In this document: piece after piece, positions 36,835 through 44,937 of the stretch
How positions within the stretch are numbered: the stretch's first letter is position 1
How the letters are laid out: the number at the start of each line of letters is the position of its first letter
Assembly (NCBI GenBank): GCA_031420755.1
Contig: JANONI010000177.1
Span: 1 to 57,696, forward strand
Length of the DNA stretch: 57,696 nucleotides
Origin: Bacteroidota bacterium
GTDB taxonomy: Bacteria; Bacteroidota; Ignavibacteria; UBA10030; UBA8401
Direction: 5' to 3'
The notes under the pieces: model-generated
Databases searched by the model: none
Told to the model about the DNA's origin: nothing
What the model saw: the letters and a program-made list of their open reading frames with translations, nothing else
Translations under genes and position numbers: made by a program

Positions 36835-38345
36835 AAACAATTACCAATGAACAATTACCAATGAACAATGGAATTATCAATTATCAATTATCCATTTTCA
36901 ATTTATTAAAGAATAGCACACTGGTTCTTTTTTTACTAATGAGTTCAGTCTTTGTCAATGCTCAAGCACCAGACAGAACAAAACCGCCTGCGCTTGGACC
37001 AACACCATCGGTGAAGATCAATGCGGTTCAAAAATTTACATTAAAGAATGGACTACTTGTTGTTGTGTACGAAAAGCATGAAGTTCCGATTGTGCAAATG
37101 AATTTGGTCGTGAAAACAGGGAGCGTCAATGAAAGTGCAAACAAGCTTGGACTTGCCGGATTGACGGCGAATATGATGGATGAAGGTGCGGCTGGAAAAT
37201 CATCACTTGAACTTTCAGACGCAATTGATTTTCTCGGAACAACGATTGGTGCAAGCGGTGGACTGCATACATCGGGAGTTGCGATGCGTTCAACGGTTTC
37301 TAAATTGGATGAGTCGTTGAAATTGTTTGCCGATGTTCTGCTCCGACCGGATTTCCCTCAAAAAGAATTGGAACGATTACAAAAACAATATCTCACATCA
37401 CTGCTTCAAGCGTACGATCAACCGCGGGCAATCGCTGCTGCAGCAACTGGACAAATCGTTTTCGGAAAAGAACATTCGTACGGACGAAGCAGTGTTGGCT
37501 CTGAACAATCTATTAAATCATTCACTGTTGATGATCTGAAAAATTTCTATTCAACATATTATCGTCCGAATAATTCTTTCCTGATTGTTGTTGGCGACGT
37601 AAAAGCAAATGAGATTATCGCAAAGTTAGAGTCAGCTATTGGAAGCTGGGAAAAGAGAAATGTTCAATCTGTTACCGTTCCAAATGGAAAACAGGTAAGC
37701 GGCAGAAAAATCTATCTGATCGATAAAGCGGAAGCGGCGCAATCTGTCATTCGTATTTGCCGAGTCGGCACCGATAGAATGACTGAAGATTATTTTCCAT
37801 TGATGGTAATGAACACAATTCTTGGAGGTTCCTTTACTTCGCGTCTCAATAACAATCTTCGCGAAGTTCACGGTTACTCGTACGGTGCTGGTTCAGGATT
37901 TTCATTCCGTCCAAGCGCAGGACCGTTCACAGCATCTTCCGACGTTCAAACAGATGCAACGGATAAAGCGTTGAACGAATTTATGAAAGAATTGAACGGC
38001 ATTTCAAAACCGGTTACGGATGAGGAATTGGACAAAGCGAAGAACTACATTGCGCTTGGTTATCCGGATAATTTTAGCAGTGCGGCATCAATTGCCGGAC
38101 AACTTGCGGAAATGATTCAATATAATCTTCCCGAAAATTATTTTAATGACTTTATCGGAAAAGTTCTTGCAGTAAAAAAAGAAGATATTCGCCGTGTCGC
38201 AAAAAAATATGTCGATACAGACGATCTTGCGATTATTATTGTCGGCGATAAGGCGAAGATTGAAAAAGGGATTAAAGATACTAAGGTCGGAAAGATCATC
38301 AATATGGTTCCGGCGGATATTTTAGGACCGATGCCGAAGTTATAA
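36831..38345 (+). CDS. M16-family peptidase-like protein lacking HxxEH (non-catalytic partner)
   Basis: 504-aa ORF with an ATGA overlap with the upstream gene and M16 fold motifs, but no HxxEH. The 5' end contains short tandem repeats. Confidence 0.85.
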   Translation: MKTITNEQLPMNNGIINYQLSIFNLLKNSTLVLFLLMSSVFVNAQAPDRTKPPALGPTPSVKINAVQKFTLKNGLLVVVYEKHEVPIVQMNLVVKTGSVNESANKLGLAGLTANMMDEGAAGKSSLELSDAIDFLGTTIGASGGLHTSGVAMRSTVSKLDESLKLFADVLLRPDFPQKELERLQKQYLTSLLQAYDQPRAIAAAATGQIVFGKEHSYGRSSVGSEQSIKSFTVDDLKNFYSTYYRPNNSFLIVVGDVKANEIIAKLESAIGSWEKRNVQSVTVPNGKQVSGRKIYLIDKAEAAQSVIRICRVGTDRMTEDYFPLMVMNTILGGSFTSRLNNNLREVHGYSYGAGSGFSFRPSAGPFTASSDVQTDATDKALNEFMKELNGISKPVTDEELDKAKNYIALGYPDNFSSAASIAGQLAEMIQYNLPENYFNDFIGKVLAVKKEDIRRVAKKYVDTDDLAIIIVGDKAKIEKGIKDTKVGKIINMVPADILGPMPKL

Positions 38346-38380
38346 GTGATATAGTTTTTGTGAAAAGTAGTTGAAAGAAC

Positions 38381-38414
38381 TTGTCAAGCCATATCGGCTT
38401 GACAAATTTGTTTT
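38381..38414 (+). terminator. Intrinsic terminator after the M16 pair
   Basis: ttgtcaagcc-atatc-ggcttgacaa followed by atttgtttt. Confidence 0.7.
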
Positions 38415-38503
38415 AAAACGAATTTTTTTGCTTCTCAGGCGAAGTAACCTTATATTTATGCGTCAATTTTCAACTTTCCTATTCACTTATTATTGATTGA
38501 CGC

Positions 38504-39019
38504 ATGACTTTTGAACAAGGTGTGTTTTATTTTCTTGCCGCAGTTACTGTGTTCTCCGCAGTGATGATGCTTCTTCAACGAAATCCGGTTAACAGCGCTT
38601 TATTCCTCATTCTTAATTTCTTCTGTCTTGGCGGACTGTATTTAACGTTGAATGCACAATTTATTGCAATGGTGCATATTCTTGTCTATGCCGGAGCGAT
38701 CATGGTTTTATTTTTATTCGTGATCATGTTATTGAATCTGGGAGACGACAAAAGTCTTCGCCAGCATTTGGGATTGCGAATGTATTTGGGAATTGCTTTT
38801 TCTGTCGGATTATTTTTAGAACTTCTCTATATTTTAGGATACAGCAGTGCAAATAATTATTTGGAGCAATCGCCATCAGCAGTGGAAATGGGAACTGTAG
38901 AATACATCGGCAAAGTATTGTTTACAAAATTTCTTTTCCCGTTTGAGATCACTTCGTTTCTGTTACTTGCAGCAATTATTGGTGCCGTGATATTGGCGAA
39001 GAAAAAATTAGTTCAATAA
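38504..39019 (+). CDS. nuoJ: NADH-quinone oxidoreductase subunit J
   Basis: 171-aa ORF with 5 TM helices and VHILVYAGAIMVLFLFVIML, upstream of nuoK-N. Confidence 0.9.
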   Translation: MTFEQGVFYFLAAVTVFSAVMMLLQRNPVNSALFLILNFFCLGGLYLTLNAQFIAMVHILVYAGAIMVLFLFVIMLLNLGDDKSLRQHLGLRMYLGIAFSVGLFLELLYILGYSSANNYLEQSPSAVEMGTVEYIGKVLFTKFLFPFEITSFLLLAAIIGAVILAKKKLVQ

Positions 39020-39030
39020 AATAGTAATGT

Positions 39031-39183
39031 GTCATTGCGAACGACGACGAAGTCGGAGTGAAGCCTGCCCGTCCGGCAGGCGGGCAATCCCAACAATCAA
39101 TCTGGAGATTGCTTCGTCGCTTCAGCCAAAAAGATGGTCGAAGACTCGACTCTTCGAGCGGACAAGTCGCTCCTGGCAATGAC
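39031..39183. repeat. 153-bp composite palindromic element between nuoJ and nuoK
   Basis: Termini gtcattgc/gcaatgac. Internal hairpins are gcctgcc-cgtcc-ggcaggc and tcgaaga-ctcgac-tcttcga. Positions 39121-39167 are 41/47 identical to 45106-45152. Confidence 0.75.
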
Positions 39184-39196
39184 CGAAATAAACAAT

Positions 39197-39499
39197 ATGA
39201 TTCCTTTAAATCATTATCTCTTACTTTCAGCGTTTATGTTTTGCTGCGGTGTCCTCGGCGTTGTTGTTCGCCGCAACGCAATCGTTATCTTTATGAGCAT
39301 TGAATTGATGTTGAATGCTGTGAATTTAACATTGATCGCGTTCTCGTCTTTCCTTGGCGATCCAACAGGACAAATACTGGTCTTTTTTGTTATGGTTGTT
39401 GCTGCGGCAGAAGCAGCGGTTGGTCTTGCTATTATTATTGCGCTGTATCGCAACAAACAAACTGTCTATGTTGATGAACTGAATATTTTGAAATGGTAA
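39197..39499 (+). CDS. nuoK: NADH-quinone oxidoreductase subunit K
   Basis: The start was chosen at [13 protein letters not shown] (ATG 39197). The upstream part of the tracked ORF is repeat sequence. The [11 protein letters not shown] motif is present. Confidence 0.9.
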   Translation: MIPLNHYLLLSAFMFCCGVLGVVVRRNAIVIFMSIELMLNAVNLTLIAFSSFLGDPTGQILVFFVMVVAAAEAAVGLAIIIALYRNKQTVYVDELNILKW

Positions 39500-39537
39500 C
39501 TACAATTAATCTAACTTCTGAAATCTAAAAATCTGAT

Positions 39538-41529
39538 ATGTATCAATTCGCACCTCTTATCGTTCTGTTTCCGCTTGTTGGTTTTCTGTTCAATGGACTG
39601 CTCGGACGAAAAATTCAGCCAAAGGCTGATGTGCCTCGTGCGCAAAAAAATGAAACAATTGTCGGTGCTATTGGCACCATAGCTGTTGCGGTACCATTTT
39701 TTATCGCGCTTGGAATTTTCTTCGAGATGCTTTCACTTCCCGCCGCAGAACGTTCAAAAATTATTTCAGTATTTCAATGGATTTCCGCAGGTTCTTTTTC
39801 TGTAAACGTTGCGTATCAAGTCGATCAACTTTCTATTTTAATGACATTGATCGTTACCGGCGTAGGAAGTTTAATTCATCTGTATTCAATTGGATATATG
39901 CATGGAGATGCGGGTTTCTGGAGATTTTTCGCATACTTAAATCTTTTTATCTTCGCAATGCTCAATCTTGTTCTTGCAGATAATTATCTGTTGATGTTTC
40001 TTGGTTGGGAGGGAGTAGGATTGTGTTCCTATCTGTTGATAGGATTTTGGTATGACAGGAATTTTGAAAAAGGAACAACCGGCGACGCGGCAAAAAAAGC
40101 ATTCATCGTAAACCGCATCGGCGATTTCGGATTTCTGCTTGCAATGTTTCTCATCTTCAATACATTTGGTTCGCTCACATACGAAACAGTTTTTGCGCAA
40201 GCAGCGGGATTTTCAGTCGGCGATAACCTGATGTTCTGGATAACATTGTTGATGTTCGTTGGTGCAGCCGGAAAATCTGCACAGATTCCACTGTATGTTT
40301 GGCTGCCGGATGCAATGGCTGGTCCAACTCCGGTCTCTGCACTTATTCATGCTGCAACAATGGTTACGGCAGGAATTTACATGGTTGCGCGAAGTTCAAT
40401 TCTCTTTGCCCTTTCACCGACCACAATGGAAATTGTCGCAGTGATCGGATTGGCTACGGCATTTTTTGCCGGAACAATCGGTCTTGTTCAAAATGATATT
40501 AAAAAAGTTCTTGCGTATTCTACAGTCAGTCAGTTAGGATATATGTTTCTTGCATGCGGTGTTGGAGCATTTACAGCAGGATTGTTCCATGTAATGACGC
40601 ACGCATTCTTTAAAGCACTTCTCTTCTTAGGTTCCGGAGCAGTGATCCATGCAATGCATGATGAACAAGACATTCAAAAGATGGGCGGCTTGAAAAAATA
40701 TATGCCGTGGACATTCGGAACATTTTTAATCGGCTCGTTTGCAATTTCCGGATTTCCGCTTCTCTCAGGATTTTTTTCCAAAGATGAAATTTTGTGGAAA
40801 GCATTTGCCGACGGCGCACCATGGATGTGGGTGATCGCTGCGCTTGCCGCCGGTATTACGGCGTTCTACATGTTCCGTCTTGTTTCGCTGACATTTTTAG
40901 GAAAAGAGCGATTTTCCACCGGAGGCGGATCCGCCTCTGGCGGAGATCATCATCATGTGCATCCGCACGAAGCACCGAAAACGATGCTCATTCCATTGTT
41001 AGTGCTGGCACTGTTTTCAATTATCGGCGGGTATGTGGGAATTCCTCACGTGCTTGGCGGACATAATTATTTTGAAGAATTTTTAGGACCGGTGTTTGCG
41101 GGTGCAAATTCAAAAATGATGCTGCCGCTGCACGATTCTGCCGCGCTTGAACTTGGATTGATGGCTGGTTCGGTTGCGATCGGACTGTTTGGAATGTTTG
41201 CAGGATGGAAAATCTACACGCAGAAAACTGAAGTTGCTGAACATACGGCGAAGAAATTTTCAGGTCTCCACAAACTTCTTTGGAATAAATATTTTGTGGA
41301 TGAAATGTACGATGCCTTGATTGTCAATCCAATAAAACAAACATCAGATACATTCTTATGGAAAATATTAGATGTAAAGATTATTGATAATACTCTGAAC
41401 TTTTCTGCAAAGTTCGTTGAAGTGACAGCGAATATTTTCCGTCGCATTCAAACCGGAGTTGTGCAAAGTTATGCCGTTGTTTTTATGGCGGGAATTTTAT
41501 TTATTCTTGGTTATTTAATGGTGCGATAA
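39538..41529 (+). CDS. nuoL: NADH-quinone oxidoreductase subunit L
   Basis: 663-aa multi-TM ORF with WEGVGLCSYLLIGFW, SAQIPLYVWLPDAMAGPTPVSALIHAATMVTAG and a C-terminal lateral-helix region. Confidence 0.93.
   Translation: MYQFAPLIVLFPLVGFLFNGLLGRKIQPKADVPRAQKNETIVGAIGTIAVAVPFFIALGIFFEMLSLPAAERSKIISVFQWISAGSFSVNVAYQVDQLSILMTLIVTGVGSLIHLYSIGYMHGDAGFWRFFAYLNLFIFAMLNLVLADNYLLMFLGWEGVGLCSYLLIGFWYDRNFEKGTTGDAAKKAFIVNRIGDFGFLLAMFLIFNTFGSLTYETVFAQAAGFSVGDNLMFWITLLMFVGAAGKSAQIPLYVWLPDAMAGPTPVSALIHAATMVTAGIYMVARSSILFALSPTTMEIVAVIGLATAFFAGTIGLVQNDIKKVLAYSTVSQLGYMFLACGVGAFTAGLFHVMTHAFFKALLFLGSGAVIHAMHDEQDIQKMGGLKKYMPWTFGTFLIGSFAISGFPLLSGFFSKDEILWKAFADGAPWMWVIAALAAGITAFYMFRLVSLTFLGKERFSTGGGSASGGDHHHVHPHEAPKTMLIPLLVLALFSIIGGYVGIPHVLGGHNYFEEFLGPVFAGANSKMMLPLHDSAALELGLMAGSVAIGLFGMFAGWKIYTQKTEVAEHTAKKFSGLHKLLWNKYFVDEMYDALIVNPIKQTSDTFLWKILDVKIIDNTLNFSAKFVEVTANIFRRIQTGVVQSYAVVFMAGILFILGYLMVR
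40915..40947. repeat. 33-nt double-hairpin motif in-frame in nuoL (encodes STGGGSASGGD)
   Basis: tccaccggaggcggatccgcctctggcggagat, 30/33 identical to 41773-41805 in nuoM. Confidence 0.7.
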
Positions 41530-41616
41530 ACAGATCATTAGATTGTCAGATATCAGATATTTAGACATCGAACAATCTAACAGAGACATCTATAAATCTA
41601 AAATCTGATTTTTTAA

Positions 41617-43188
41617 ATGCAAAATATTCTTACATACACGCTCTTTTCACCGCTCGTCGGAATCCTTTTATTGCTGTTCATTAATAAAGAAAAACAGAAT
41701 CTGATAAAATATATCGGCGTTGCAACTTCGCTCGTAACATTTGTTTTATCGCTTGTTGTTTATTTCGGATTCTCCGCCGAAGGCGGATCCGCCTCTGGCG
41801 GAAATGCAGCAAATACGCAGATGCAATTCGTTGAACAATATCCGTGGATTTCGGGATTGGATATTTCATATTTCGTTGGCGTTGACGGACTTTCAATTCT
41901 TCTTATTGTTCTTACAACATTCCTCACGCCAATCGCACTTATCGCTTCGTGGAATTCAATCACCGACAGAATAAAAGAATATATATCGTTCATGCTGCTG
42001 CTTGAAGTTGGTATGCTAGGTGTGTTTCTTTCGATCGATCTTTTCTTGTTCTATGTATTTTGGGAAGCGATGCTCATTCCGATGTATTTCATCATTGGAA
42101 TTTGGGGCGGTAAAGAGAGAATTTACGCTGCGGTAAAGTTCTTTCTCTTTACAATGGCAGGTTCGCTGTTAATGTTGATTGCAATTTTGTGGCTTGGGCA
42201 TTATGCGTCAACACTCCCCGGAGGATATTTTACTACAAATCTTCTAAAATTATATGCAATCGCTCCATCAATTCCGATGGAAATTCAGGTTTGGATGTTT
42301 CTTGCATTCACGCTTTCGTTCGCTATCAAAGTTCCATTGTTTCCATTTCACACATGGCTTCCCGATGCGCACGTTCAAGCACCGACTGCAGGTTCTGTAA
42401 TTTTGGCTGGTGTTCTTTTAAAAATGGGAACGTACGGTCTTCTTCGTTTCTGTTTGCCATTATTTCCGATGGCATCATTTCAATTTACTCCATTGCTCGC
42501 AACGCTTGCGGTAATTGGGATTGTGTACGGCGCACTTGTTGCAATGGTGCAGACTGATGTGAAAAAACTTGTTGCATATTCATCGGTCAGTCACTTGGGA
42601 TTTGTTGTGCTTGGAATTTTTTCGATGACCGAAGAGGGAATTCAAGGCGCAGTCATTCAAATGATCAATCACGGACTTTCCACAGGAGCATTATTTCTTT
42701 TGGTTGGAATGATCTACGACCGCAGGCACACGCGCGAAATATCGCAGTTTGGCGGATTGGCGAAAGTGATGCCGGTCTTTTCTACGATATTTATGATCGT
42801 AACATTCTCTTCAATCGGTCTTCCGGGATTGAATGGATTTGTCGGTGAATTTTTAATCCTGCTTGGATCGTTCAATTCTATGTTTCTTGGTTCGTATTGG
42901 TATGCAGTGATTGCTGCTACCGGCGTTATCTTTTCAGCAGTCTATATGTTGTGGATGTGTCAGCGGGTCTTCTTCGGAAAAATTACACATGACGAAAACA
43001 GATCGCTTCTTGATTTAACTAAACGGGAAATTGCAATCTTACTTCCAATTTTGTTATTCATCGTGTGGATTGGTGTGTATCCTTCCACATTCTTAAAATC
43101 ATCTGCTGCTTCCACAAAACAGGTGGTAACGCAGATGCAGAATGCTAAGAGCGGTAATGTTACACCCGCAGGTGTGATAATGAAATAA
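41617..43188 (+). CDS. nuoM: NADH-quinone oxidoreductase subunit M
   Basis: 523-aa multi-TM ORF with FYVFWEAMLIPMYFIIGIWGG and HTWLPDAHVQAPTAGSVILAGVLLKMG. Confidence 0.93.
   Translation: MQNILTYTLFSPLVGILLLLFINKEKQNLIKYIGVATSLVTFVLSLVVYFGFSAEGGSASGGNAANTQMQFVEQYPWISGLDISYFVGVDGLSILLIVLTTFLTPIALIASWNSITDRIKEYISFMLLLEVGMLGVFLSIDLFLFYVFWEAMLIPMYFIIGIWGGKERIYAAVKFFLFTMAGSLLMLIAILWLGHYASTLPGGYFTTNLLKLYAIAPSIPMEIQVWMFLAFTLSFAIKVPLFPFHTWLPDAHVQAPTAGSVILAGVLLKMGTYGLLRFCLPLFPMASFQFTPLLATLAVIGIVYGALVAMVQTDVKKLVAYSSVSHLGFVVLGIFSMTEEGIQGAVIQMINHGLSTGALFLLVGMIYDRRHTREISQFGGLAKVMPVFSTIFMIVTFSSIGLPGLNGFVGEFLILLGSFNSMFLGSYWYAVIAATGVIFSAVYMLWMCQRVFFGKITHDENRSLLDLTKREIAILLPILLFIVWIGVYPSTFLKSSAASTKQVVTQMQNAKSGNVTPAGVIMK
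41773..41805. repeat. 33-nt double-hairpin motif in-frame in nuoM (encodes SAEGGSASGGN)
   Basis: tccgcc-gaa-ggcgga followed by tccgcc-tct-ggcgga. It contains the 12-bp perfect palindrome ggcggatccgcc. Confidence 0.7.
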
Positions 43189-43224
43189 AATTTGATTTAT
43201 TTATTTTTAGAAACATTTGCAAAA

Positions 43225-43341
43225 TGTATCCGCACGTTTTTAGCGTGCGTAAAAAATTCTCAAATCCGTCATTGTTCGCAACCGTAAAGTTCCAAAGGAA
43301 TCCCTCTACGAAGTCGTAGACCTTCGGGAGTTGCGGATACA
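43225..43341. repeat. 117-bp MITE-like element between nuoM and nuoN
   Basis: Perfect 10-bp inverted termini tgtatccgca / tgcggataca. Internal hairpins are cgcacg-N-cgtgcg and ctacg-aagt-cgtag. Confidence 0.6.
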
Positions 43342-43394
43342 ATATCAATAGAATTTTTCAGATTATTCTTTCAGTTATTAAATAAGAATTATTT

Positions 43395-44861
43395 ATGGAT
43401 TTCTTTTCAACTTCAGAGTTAGTAGGTGCTTCACCGATTGTAATGCTTTCGTTATTCTCGCTGATTGCAATGCTTGTAAATGCCTTGGTAAAAAATTCTG
43501 CAAATGCAGTATTCGGTGTAAGCATTGTCGGTATTCTTGCCTCAATAGGATGCAGTCTTTATACATTCCCGATTTTTGCAGATTCAAATCTTCCTCAGAC
43601 GGCATTTTCTGATATGCTTCTTGTCGGCGGATACGCGAGTTTTTTTAGCATTCTATTTTTGGTCATTGCATTATTTTCGATATTCATTGCAAAGCCGTAT
43701 CTCGAACGAGAGCAATATCATTTTGGTGAATATTATGTGTTAATCCTTATTGCTGCAATTGGAATGTTGGTACTCGGAGCCGCCGCAGATCTTATTACAA
43801 TCTTTCTTGGAATAGAGATTATGTCGGTTTCGTTCTATGTTCTTGCAGGGTACTATCGCACCAAACTCTCTTCAAACGAATCTGCGTTGAAATATTTTCT
43901 TCTCGGTGCATTTGCCACCGGATTTTTGCTGTATGGAATTGCATTGATCTATGGAACAACCGGCACCACCAATCTTCTACGCATTGTAACAATGTACCCG
44001 CAAGGTTTTTCCGATCCGTTGCACATCATCGGTTGGGGATTGATCTTGATCGGGTTTGCGTTTAAAGTTGCAGCTGTTCCTTTTCACATGTGGGCGCCCG
44101 ATGTGTATGAAGGTGCGCCGACTTCCGTTACAGCATTCATGTCAACGGGAGGAAAAGCCGCTGCGTTTGCTTCCTTCATCATTACATTTTCGGTTCCAAT
44201 GTCAATGCACGATGAGCGATTGACGATGCTTCTTGCTGTGTTAGCCGCAGGTTCAATGGTAATCGGTAATTGGTTTGGATTGGCTCAAACTAATTTGAAG
44301 AGAATGCTTGCATATTCAAGTATTGCTCACGCCGGTTATATGATTATTGGAATTGCATCCGGAACACAATTAGGACAACAAGGAATTGCATTCTATCTTG
44401 TTTCGTACGCATTAACGAACCTTGGAGCATTCGGTGTTATTGCTATGCTGGAAAAAGAGAACCCGCCTGACGGTCGGGCAGGTGGCTCGAATTTAAATTA
44501 CGAAGATTATGCCGGACTTGGAAAACGAAAACCCGCTCTTGCTGCACTGCTTGCAATGTTTATGTTCTCGTTGACAGGAATTCCGCCATTTGCAGGATTT
44601 GTTGGAAAATATTATTTATTTGCAAGCGCAATTCAATCAAATTTAACGTGGCTTGCAATTCTTGGCGTGATCACAAGTTTATTCTCAACGTATTATTATT
44701 TGAGAATTGTCGTCTATATGTATTTCAGAGAAGCGACGGATAATTCTGAAATTGTTTTGTCAAGATTGACATTTGTAACCGTAATTGTTTGCGGAATTGG
44801 AATTTTACTCTTTGGTATTTTCCCCGCAGTGATATTCGATCTGATGAAATCAATTTTTTAA
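43395..44861 (+). CDS. nuoN: NADH-quinone oxidoreductase subunit N
   Basis: 488-aa multi-TM ORF with FHMWAPDVYEGAPTSVTAFMS and LSLTGIPPFAGFVGKYYLF. Confidence 0.93.
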   Translation: MDFFSTSELVGASPIVMLSLFSLIAMLVNALVKNSANAVFGVSIVGILASIGCSLYTFPIFADSNLPQTAFSDMLLVGGYASFFSILFLVIALFSIFIAKPYLEREQYHFGEYYVLILIAAIGMLVLGAAADLITIFLGIEIMSVSFYVLAGYYRTKLSSNESALKYFLLGAFATGFLLYGIALIYGTTGTTNLLRIVTMYPQGFSDPLHIIGWGLILIGFAFKVAAVPFHMWAPDVYEGAPTSVTAFMSTGGKAAAFASFIITFSVPMSMHDERLTMLLAVLAAGSMVIGNWFGLAQTNLKRMLAYSSIAHAGYMIIGIASGTQLGQQGIAFYLVSYALTNLGAFGVIAMLEKENPPDGRAGGSNLNYEDYAGLGKRKPALAALLAMFMFSLTGIPPFAGFVGKYYLFASAIQSNLTWLAILGVITSLFSTYYYLRIVVYMYFREATDNSEIVLSRLTFVTVIVCGIGILLFGIFPAVIFDLMKSIF

Positions 44862-44890
44862 TCTGCGATAAACATTGAATATGTTATTTG

Positions 44891-44937
44891 AAAAAACCGT
44901 CCGCTTCCGATAGAGGTAGGACGGTTTTTTGTTTTTT
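44891..44937 (+). terminator. Intrinsic terminator after nuoN
   Basis: aaaaaaccgtcc-N16-ggacggtttttt followed by gtttttt. Confidence 0.75.

Noticed and set aside
38976..39303. ORFs 39058..39303 (+, 81 aa) and 38976..39179 (-, 67 aa), and the 5' extension of the nuoK ORF from 39134
   Set aside because: They lie entirely in the nuoJ/K palindromic element. Their peptides (..[15 protein letters not shown].., ..[14 protein letters not shown]..) recur wherever the repeat occurs, on both strands. nuoK starts at the canonical MIPLNHY at 39197.
43160..43348. 62-aa minus-strand ORF in the nuoM-nuoN gap
   Set aside because: It runs through the 117-bp inverted-repeat element, is antisense within an operon, and has no recognisable family.
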